From Gemmatimonadales bacterium (lineage in GTDB: Bacteria; Gemmatimonadota; Gemmatimonadetes; Gemmatimonadales; GWC2-71-9), in assembly GCA_036393515.1 (NCBI GenBank), contig DASWGV010000153.1, forward strand, positions 5,283 to 69,282: DNA of 64,000 nt, in the 5' to 3' direction. The notes under the pieces were generated by a model. The model was not told where the DNA came from and ran no database searches. It was given only the letters and a program-made list of their open reading frames with translations. A program made the position numbers and the translations under genes. Below, piece by piece: positions 56,189 through 64,000 of this stretch. Within the stretch, counting starts at the first letter, position 1, and every line of letters begins with the position of its first letter.

Positions 56189-57330
56189 CGCCGCGGGGAT
56201 ATGTCGGCTGGATTTCGTTGGCGCTGGCGGGAACGGCCTCCAGCTTGACGGCGCAGAACTCGGTGTATGGTGTGCAGGGAGTCGGGTTCCCGGTCAGGCC
56301 GCTCAGCGTCCACGCGCGCGGCCTCTCCGGTGGGAATGCGGTGTTCGACCCGGGGTCCGCGGTGAATCCGGCCACCGCCACCGCTTTTGGCGGGATTACG
56401 GCGCACCTCAGCGCTGCCACCGCGTTCCGTCGCTACTCGGCCTACGACTCGACCGTGTCGGGCCTAAAAGAGACCCGCTTTCCCTTGTCCATGGTGGGAG
56501 CGCGGATAGGCGAAACCGACCTGTCCTTTGCCGTGAGTTACGGTCCGTACCTCGAGCGGTCGTTCGATTTCCGCACCACCAGCGTCGTCGTCGTGCGGGC
56601 CGAGTCCCTGATCGTGTCGGACCGGGTGTCTTCGGATGGCGGGCTGGCCGACTTCCGTGCCGCCATCGGCTTCCAAGTGACCTCCCGCCTGCACGTGGGC
56701 GTGGCTGGGCACCTGCTGACCGGCTCCAGCAAGCTCCGGGTCCGGCGAGAGTTTTCCAGCGGCGACTACCGGCCCTTTGCGCAACGGAGCGATCTCACGT
56801 TCACCGGAGCGGGCGTGTCCGTGGGCGTCAGCGCGCTGGTGGCGCCGGGCCTACAACTCGGCGCCGCGCTGCGCAGCGATACCCGCCTCCGGACCACCCA
56901 GGAGGGCTTCCCCACAACCAGCGTGGACCTTCCGGTGACGTTCACGGCCGGCGTGCGACTCGAGCCGGTGCGCCGGGTCGCGTGGGCCACCACCGTAGAG
57001 CGGCGATCGTGGTCGTCCGGGGCCGCCGACCTCGGGCCCGGCGTCACGGCGTTCGACACGTGGGACGTGGCTTCGGGTCTGGAGATCGGGGGGTATAATC
57101 CTGTGACGCGGACCAATCGGCTACCGCTTCGGTTCGGCGTTCGCTACGCCACGCTCCCCTTCAGCGGCCGCTCCACGCAGGCGCACGAGCTCACGCTTGG
57201 GGCGGGCTCGGGCCTGGCGTTTGGGACTCGGGTTGCCATGGACCTCGCGGTGGAGCGCGCAACGCGCTCCGGCGCGGGCGCGGAGGAACGCGTGTGGCAG
57301 GCCTCGGTCGGCGTCACCATCGTTCCCTGA
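56185..57330 (+). CDS. putative outer-membrane beta-barrel protein (FadL/PorV-like N-terminal pattern)
   Basis: ORF 56185..57330. The ATG overlaps the upstream stop (ATGA). Signal peptide ISLALAGTASSLTAQ. ARGLSGGNAVFDPGSAVNPA resembles the FadL-family N-terminal motif. The rest shows alternating hydrophobic beta-strand periodicity. Confidence 0.55.
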   Translation: MTPRGYVGWISLALAGTASSLTAQNSVYGVQGVGFPVRPLSVHARGLSGGNAVFDPGSAVNPATATAFGGITAHLSAATAFRRYSAYDSTVSGLKETRFPLSMVGARIGETDLSFAVSYGPYLERSFDFRTTSVVVVRAESLIVSDRVSSDGGLADFRAAIGFQVTSRLHVGVAGHLLTGSSKLRVRREFSSGDYRPFAQRSDLTFTGAGVSVGVSALVAPGLQLGAALRSDTRLRTTQEGFPTTSVDLPVTFTAGVRLEPVRRVAWATTVERRSWSSGAADLGPGVTAFDTWDVASGLEIGGYNPVTRTNRLPLRFGVRYATLPFSGRSTQAHELTLGAGSGLAFGTRVAMDLAVERATRSGAGAEERVWQASVGVTIVP

Positions 57331-58570
57331 TGCGCGTCTACCTCCACACCTTCGGCTGTAAGGCCAACCAGTACGACACGGAAGCCGTGCGCCAGGCCGT
57401 CACAGCGGCCGGCGGACAGGTGGTCACGGATCCCGGTGTGGCGGACGCGGCGGTGGTGAACTCGTGCACCGTGACGCATGTGGCCGAAGCGAAGCTGCGC
57501 GCACTGGTGCGCCGGCTGGCGCGCACGGGCGGTCCCGGCCGCACGGTGGTCATGGGCTGCGCGGCGGCGCGGGATAACGGCCGAATAGCGAACCTGCCCG
57601 GCGTGACAGCGGTGGTGGCGGGCCCCGATGTGCCCGGGGTGGTGACCGCCCTGGGGTTTCCCCGACCGCCCGAGCAGAACGGATTGTGGGCATTCGGGCA
57701 AGGGGCCCGTGCCTGGCTCAAGGTCCAGGATGGCTGCGACGAGCACTGCACCTTCTGCGCGACCACCCTGGCCCGCGGTGCGAGCCGCTCGCGCCCCGTG
57801 GATGCTCTCGTCGAGGAGGCCGAGCGACTGGCGGAACGCCACCAGGAAATCGTCCTCACCGGGGTGCATATCGGCACCTACGGGGCGGACCTCCCTGGCG
57901 GGGCCTGCTTGGGTCTGCTGGTCGAGACCCTGGTGGCCCGCGTCGAGCGCGTGCGGTTTCGGCTCTCGTCGGTAGAAGCCACCGAGGTGGATCAGCGGAT
58001 CGAGGAGCTGATGGCCGGCGCGCCCGACCGGCTGGCCCCGCACCTGCACGCGCCGCTCCAGTCCGGGAGCGACCGGGTCCTGCGACGGATGGGCCGCCAC
58101 TGGTACACCGCGGCGACGTATCGTGACCGCATTGAACGCCTGGCCTCCCGCCTTCCGCGCTTCGGGCTCGGGGCCGACGTCATGGTGGGGTTCCCGGGCG
58201 AGACCGAAGCGGATCACGCGCTCTCGGTCTCGCTGGTGCGGGATCTGCCGTTCACCTATTTGCATGTGTTCCCCTACTCGGCCCGGCCCGGCGTCGCGGC
58301 CACTCGGCTGGGTCCGCCGGTCCCCTCGCCGGTCAGCGCGGGCCGCTCCGAGGAATTGCGAGCCCTCGCCGCCCAGCGGGGCCGCGCGTATGCCGCCGCG
58401 CGAGCGGGTGGCTTGGCCGACGTCGTTGTGCTCCACCGGGGGGGAGGGGGCTTCGAGGGTCTCACCGAGGACTACCTCACGGCCTACGTCCCGGTGGGCG
58501 ACGGCCCGGTCGACGGCCGTCTCCGGGCCCGCCTCTCGGCGGAGAACGATCGGCTCGTGGCGCGAGCCGC

Positions 58571-58574
<4 letters not shown>
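57330..58574 (+). CDS. mtaB: radical-SAM methylthiotransferase, MtaB-like
   Basis: In-frame part of ORF 57294..58574. ATG 57330 shares one nt with the upstream stop. N-terminal FGCKANQYD and radical-SAM CDEHCTFC. The subfamily call is tentative. Confidence 0.75.
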
Positions 58575-59905
<1,331 letters not shown>

Positions 59906-59923
59906 GCCCGGCCCATTGGGGCG

Positions 59924-62263
59924 GTGCGGCCGCCCGTAACACGATTCGTTCAGGCGTACGGGGCCGGCCTGTGGGCCGGCCTCGTCTTGTCGGTGCCCCT
60001 ACCGGTGGCCCTGCCGGTGGGTGCATTGGGGCTGGTCCTGGCGACTGGGCGGGCCGCGGCTCTGCTCCTCTCCGGGACCGCGGGCGTGGGGTTTCTCACT
60101 GGAGGGTTGGCGAGCGCTCGGGATCAAGGGTCCTGCGCCCGCCGGTGGGCAGCGGGTCCACACGTGGCCACGGCGGTTGTCGGTGATGCCCCGGGGCATT
60201 CCGGCTTGACCCGAGCACGGATTGAATGGGCGCCCGAGGGATGTGTGGGCCAACTCCTCATCCGGTCGTCGGAACCCCTTCCGGCTGGCGCGGCGGTCGT
60301 GCTGGTCGGGAGCTTTGCGGGGCCGCCGGCGGCGTTCCGGGTGACGCACGCGCGGGTGATCGGATCGCACCGAGCCTGGCGGTTTGCCGTGCGCGAACGA
60401 GTGGCGCGGCGTTTTGCGGATCTTTACGGCCGGCGCGGCCCACTGGTCCACGCCCTCACGCTGGGCAAACGTGAGGACCTCGATCCCGGGCTGCGGCGCA
60501 CGTTCGCGGACGCCGGTCTGGCCCATCTCCTGGCGATCTCCGGCCTGCACGTTGGGTTCCTGGCGGGCTGGATGGTGCTCGTGGCCGGATGGTTGGGCGG
60601 GCGGCGCCAGGCGTGGGCCGTGGCGGCGGCGGGCTGCTGGCTGTACGTGGCGCTCCTGGGGTTCCCCTCTCCGGCCACACGCGCCTGCCTGTTCGTCACC
60701 ATCCGGGCCGTGACCTTGTGGCGCCAGCGGAATCCGTCAAACGACACCGTGCTCCACGTGGCCGCGCTCGGCGTGCTGCTGGCGGAACCGCGTGCGGCCA
60801 CCGATGCCGGCGCCTGGCTGTCCTTCGCGGCGGTGTGGGGGACCGCCCAGGCCGGCCGCCGACTGCCGGACGCGTGGCGCCGCCGGAAGCTGGCGGGTCT
60901 GGTGGCAGCTTCCCTGGGCGCGACCATCGCGACCGCCCCGATCACCGCCTACCTGTTCGGGTCGGTACCGCTGGTGGGTATCGTCGCAAACATCATCGCG
61001 GTTCCGCTGTCGGCCGTGGCGGTCCCCGCGGTGTTCGCCAGCCTTGCCAGCCACACCGTCGCGGGCGGAGCGGGCCTGGCGCTGGCCGGACTCGAGCATG
61101 TGGCGGACATCGCGGCGTCTCTCCCTGGGGGCCGTATCACGGGGACACCCGGTGTGGCGTTTGCCGTCCCGTGGGTGCTGGCGCTTGGCGCGGCCGGCTG
61201 GGTGATCTCCGGAGGCCGTCCGGCCCGCGGCCGCGTGTTGCGGGTGGCCTGGGTCGGGGCAGGCGTGTGGTGCGCGTGGGCCGTTCCCTGGACCCACCTG
61301 TTTCCCCGGGCCGCATGGGCGGGGGATGCCGGCCGGCTGGCCATTCATGTGCTGGACGTGGGTCAGGGCGACGCCATCGCCATCCGCACGCCACGGGGAC
61401 GCTGGATGGTGGTGGACGCCGGACCACGCACCCCCACGGCGGACGCCGGCCGCCGCGTGGTGCTCCCGTTCCTGCGCCGCCACGGTGTGCGACAGCTCGA
61501 CGTCCTGGTCGTGACGCACGGCGATGCCGACCACCTGGGCGGTGTGCCGGCCCTGGAACGCGCGCTGGAACCAACCCTGGTCCTGGAGCCGGGACAACCG
61601 CTGGGTACCGGCCTGTACCTCGAACACCTGGTGGCGGTAGATGCCGTTGGGATCCGCTGGGCTCCCACCCGTCAGGGCGACAGCCTGCTGCTCGACTCGG
61701 TGCTGGTGACCGTGCTCCATCCGTCGGATGAATGGATGGCGACGCAGCTTGAGCCCAATGAGAACTCCGTGGTCCTGCGGGTGCGGTATCGCGGGTTCGT
61801 CGCGCTGCTTACCGGCGACGCGGGCCATGTGACGGAGGACCGGTTGTTGCGGGACGTGGGCCGGGCCGATCTGCTCAAAGTGGGGCACCACGGGTCGGCC
61901 GGCAGCACGGGCGAAGCCTGGGTGGGTACACTCCGGCCCGCGGCGGCCGTCATCAGCGTGGGTGACAACCGCTATGGGCATCCTGACCCGGGCGTGCTGG
62001 ACCGGCTCGCCCGTCATGGTATCGCCGTGTTCCGCACCGACCGGGGCGGTACCGTGACGGTGCGCTCAGATGGACGCTATCTTGAGGTCGTTCAAGGCGA
62101 ACCCCCGACCTTGCTGGAGGCGCTACGGTGCCGCGTGTCGATATTGTCACCATCGAGCGGTTCATCATCGAACAAGAGCGCCTGCACCCCTCGGCGACGG
62201 GCGAGCTTTCCAACCTCCTCTACGACATTGCCCTCGCCGCCAAGATCATCTCCGGATATGTGA
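59924..62263 (+). CDS. comEC: DNA internalization-related competence protein ComEC/Rec2
   Basis: ORF 59924..62263. OB/DUF4131-like N-terminus, polytopic competence domain ([13 protein letters not shown]), and a metallo-beta-lactamase domain (VGQGDA, THGDADH, HHGS). The last ~45 aa are Ser/Pro-rich and overlap fbp. Confidence 0.85.
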   Translation: MRPPVTRFVQAYGAGLWAGLVLSVPLPVALPVGALGLVLATGRAAALLLSGTAGVGFLTGGLASARDQGSCARRWAAGPHVATAVVGDAPGHSGLTRARIEWAPEGCVGQLLIRSSEPLPAGAAVVLVGSFAGPPAAFRVTHARVIGSHRAWRFAVRERVARRFADLYGRRGPLVHALTLGKREDLDPGLRRTFADAGLAHLLAISGLHVGFLAGWMVLVAGWLGGRRQAWAVAAAGCWLYVALLGFPSPATRACLFVTIRAVTLWRQRNPSNDTVLHVAALGVLLAEPRAATDAGAWLSFAAVWGTAQAGRRLPDAWRRRKLAGLVAASLGATIATAPITAYLFGSVPLVGIVANIIAVPLSAVAVPAVFASLASHTVAGGAGLALAGLEHVADIAASLPGGRITGTPGVAFAVPWVLALGAAGWVISGGRPARGRVLRVAWVGAGVWCAWAVPWTHLFPRAAWAGDAGRLAIHVLDVGQGDAIAIRTPRGRWMVVDAGPRTPTADAGRRVVLPFLRRHGVRQLDVLVVTHGDADHLGGVPALERALEPTLVLEPGQPLGTGLYLEHLVAVDAVGIRWAPTRQGDSLLLDSVLVTVLHPSDEWMATQLEPNENSVVLRVRYRGFVALLTGDAGHVTEDRLLRDVGRADLLKVGHHGSAGSTGEAWVGTLRPAAAVISVGDNRYGHPDPGVLDRLARHGIAVFRTDRGGTVTVRSDGRYLEVVQGEPPTLLEALRCRVSILSPSSGSSSNKSACTPRRRASFPTSSTTLPSPPRSSPDM

Positions 62264-63144
62264 GACGGGCCGGCCTGCTGGACGTGTTGGGCCGGGTGGG
62301 GCGCGTCAACGTCCAAGGCGAGGAGCAACAGAAGTTGGACGTCCTGGCCAACGAAACCATCAAGGCGGCGGCGGCGCACACCGGGCGCCTGTGCGTGATG
62401 GCCTCGGAGGAAGACGAAGGTCCCATCCCCACGCCCCCGCAGTACCGGGCGGGTAAGTATGCCCTGCTGTACGATCCGCTGGACGGATCGTCCAACATCG
62501 ATGTCAACGTTTCCATCGGAACCATCTTCTCCATCCACAAGCGTCGCACCCTCTCCGGTCCCGGTGGCCTCCCGGACCTGGTTCAGCGTGGCCGCGACCA
62601 GGTGGCAGCGGGGTACGTGATCTACGGATCCAGCACCCAGCTGGTGTATACCTCGGGTCACGGCGTCCACGGATTCACGCTGGATCCCTCCATCGGCGAG
62701 TTCTTGCTTTGGAGCGCGGACATCCGGACGCCGGCCGCCGGGAAGTACTACAGTGTGAACGAGAGCAACTATCCCCGCTGGTCGGCCGGCTATAAGAAAG
62801 CGGTGAACGCCTTGAAAGGTGCGGACGGGAAGGGCCCCGCGAAGAACGCGCGGTACATCGGCTCCCTGGTGGCCGATTTTCACCGCAACCTGATCGCCGG
62901 AGGTGTCTTCTTGTATCCCGGCGACAGCAAGTCCCCGCGGGGAAAACTGCGGCTCCTGTACGAAGGCGCGCCGCTCGCCTTTGTCGCCGAGCAGGCCGGC
63001 GGTTCCGCGTCCGACGGGGTGATTCCCATCATGGATATCGAGCCCACCGAACTGCACCAGCGAACGCCCCTGGTGATCGGGAGCAAGGACGACGTGGCGT
63101 TCGTGGAGCGCACGCTTCGGGAAACGGACGGCATCGGGACGTGA
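62128..63144 (+). CDS. fbp: fructose-1,6-bisphosphatase class 1
   Basis: ORF 62128..63144 with a GTG start. N-terminus collinear with E. coli Fbp as I remember it (TIERFIIEQ...ATGELSNLL). Motifs [18 protein letters not shown] and YEGAPLAF. Confidence 0.92.
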   Translation: MPRVDIVTIERFIIEQERLHPSATGELSNLLYDIALAAKIISGYVRRAGLLDVLGRVGRVNVQGEEQQKLDVLANETIKAAAAHTGRLCVMASEEDEGPIPTPPQYRAGKYALLYDPLDGSSNIDVNVSIGTIFSIHKRRTLSGPGGLPDLVQRGRDQVAAGYVIYGSSTQLVYTSGHGVHGFTLDPSIGEFLLWSADIRTPAAGKYYSVNESNYPRWSAGYKKAVNALKGADGKGPAKNARYIGSLVADFHRNLIAGGVFLYPGDSKSPRGKLRLLYEGAPLAFVAEQAGGSASDGVIPIMDIEPTELHQRTPLVIGSKDDVAFVERTLRETDGIGT

Positions 63145-64000
63145 CCGAGGAGCGCTTCACACCGTCGGGATTGCCGCTCAAGCCGGTCTATGGCCCTGAC
63201 GACCTCCCCGCCGCCATCCCTGAAGCGCCCGGTGAGTTTCCGTTCACCCGCGGTATTCATGAAACGATGTACCGTGGGCGGCTGTGGACCATGCGCCAGT
63301 ACGCCGGTTTCGGCACGGCCGAGGAAACCAATGTGAGGTTTCGTGACCTCCTGACGGCCGGGCAGTCGGGTCTATCGGTGGCGTTCGACCTGCCGACGCA
63401 GATGGGCTATGACTCCGATGCCCAGGTGGCCGAGGGAGAGGTGGGCCGGGTGGGCGTCGCCATTGACACGGTGGAGGACCTGGCGCGGCTCTTTGAAGGA
63501 ATTCCGCTGGATCGCGTGTCCACGTCCATGACGATCAATGCCACGGCAGCCATCCTGTTGGCCATGTACGTGGTAGTGGGCGAGGAACGCGGCGTGCCCC
63601 GACGGTCCTTGCGTGGAACCGTGCAGAACGACGTGCTGAAGGAGTATGTGGCGCGCGGAACCTACATCTTCCCGCTGGAGCCATCGCTGCGATTGGTGAC
63701 GGACACGTTCCGGTTCGTCACGGATCAGGAGATGCCTTTCAACCCCATTTCGATCAGCGGCTACCACATGCGCGAAGCGGGATGCACGGGCGTTCAGGAG
63801 ATTGCCTTCACGTTCGCCAACGCCCTGGAGTATCTCGACCGGGCGGTCGCGGCGGGCCTCGCGGTGAACGCCATCGCCCCGCGCATCTCGTTTTTCTTTG
63901 CCTCCCACAATGATCTGTTCGAGGAGGCCGCCAAGTTTCGCGCGGCGCGGCGGCTCTGGGCCCGGTTGGTGCGAGAGCGCTACGCCGGCAACGACCAGAG
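63141..64000 (+). CDS. methylmalonyl-CoA mutase family protein, substrate-binding barrel (3' end beyond window)
   Basis: Not in the ORF track because no stop occurs before the window end. My translation from GTG 63141, which overlaps the fbp stop, gives [40 protein letters not shown] and [10 protein letters not shown] with no stop up to nt 64000. Confidence 0.85.
   Translation, partial: MTEERFTPSGLPLKPVYGPDDLPAAIPEAPGEFPFTRGIHETMYRGRLWTMRQYAGFGTAEETNVRFRDLLTAGQSGLSVAFDLPTQMGYDSDAQVAEGEVGRVGVAIDTVEDLARLFEGIPLDRVSTSMTINATAAILLAMYVVVGEERGVPRRSLRGTVQNDVLKEYVARGTYIFPLEPSLRLVTDTFRFVTDQEMPFNPISISGYHMREAGCTGVQEIAFTFANALEYLDRAVAAGLAVNAIAPRISFFFASHNDLFEEAAKFRAARRLWARLVRERYAGNDQ

Noticed and set aside
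59919-59935. 6-bp hairpin, GGGCGG with CCGCCC, enclosing the comEC GTG start codon, considered as a translational control element.
   Set aside because: It is short, and such GC palindromes are abundant in this composition. There is no supporting conservation or associated motif.

Overview
Very GC-rich bacterial chromosomal window. It is almost entirely coding on the + strand, and many neighbouring genes overlap by 1-4 nt at stop/start (GTGA, ATGA, TGATG), so long operons are likely. All calls come from reading the ORF translations and the DNA by eye; no searches were run. Lineage cannot be determined here. The lipoprotein, the outer-membrane barrel and LspA suggest a diderm, possibly Gemmatimonadota, but that is a guess. 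Gene order: ftsH (5' cut), folP, cdaA, a DUF2723-type GT-C membrane protein, yggS, divIVA, punA, ileS, a dksA/traR-like gene, lspA and rluD. Next is an ~11.4 kb cluster (13369-24823) built around an MglB/MglA small-GTPase pair. After it come a small membrane ORF, tRNA-Val, a secreted TPR protein and tRNA-Asp. A complete dcw cluster follows: rsmH, ftsL, ftsI, murE, murF, mraY, murD, ftsW, murG, murC, ftsQ, ftsA, ftsZ. It lacks mraZ, murB and ddl. The rest is an M23 peptidase, a hisA-like gene, a vWA-like membrane protein, ftsY, recG, a CarboxypepD_reg-like secreted protein, phhB (-), asnS, mazG (-), alr, cdd, a lipoprotein plus a FadL/PorV-like barrel, mtaB-like, miaB, comEC, fbp and the 5' part of a methylmalonyl-CoA mutase family gene. 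I saw no CRISPR array, rRNA, transposase, integrase or phage genes. The best candidate for an undescribed system is the MglA cluster. It has two TPR proteins, two PATAN/DUF4388-TPR proteins and three consecutive Roadblock/LC7 modules. Immediately after mglA it also encodes a 651-aa protein made of two DnaA-type AAA+ modules with no DnaA DNA-binding domain. The long antisense ORFs in the supplied track are treated as GC-content artefacts.
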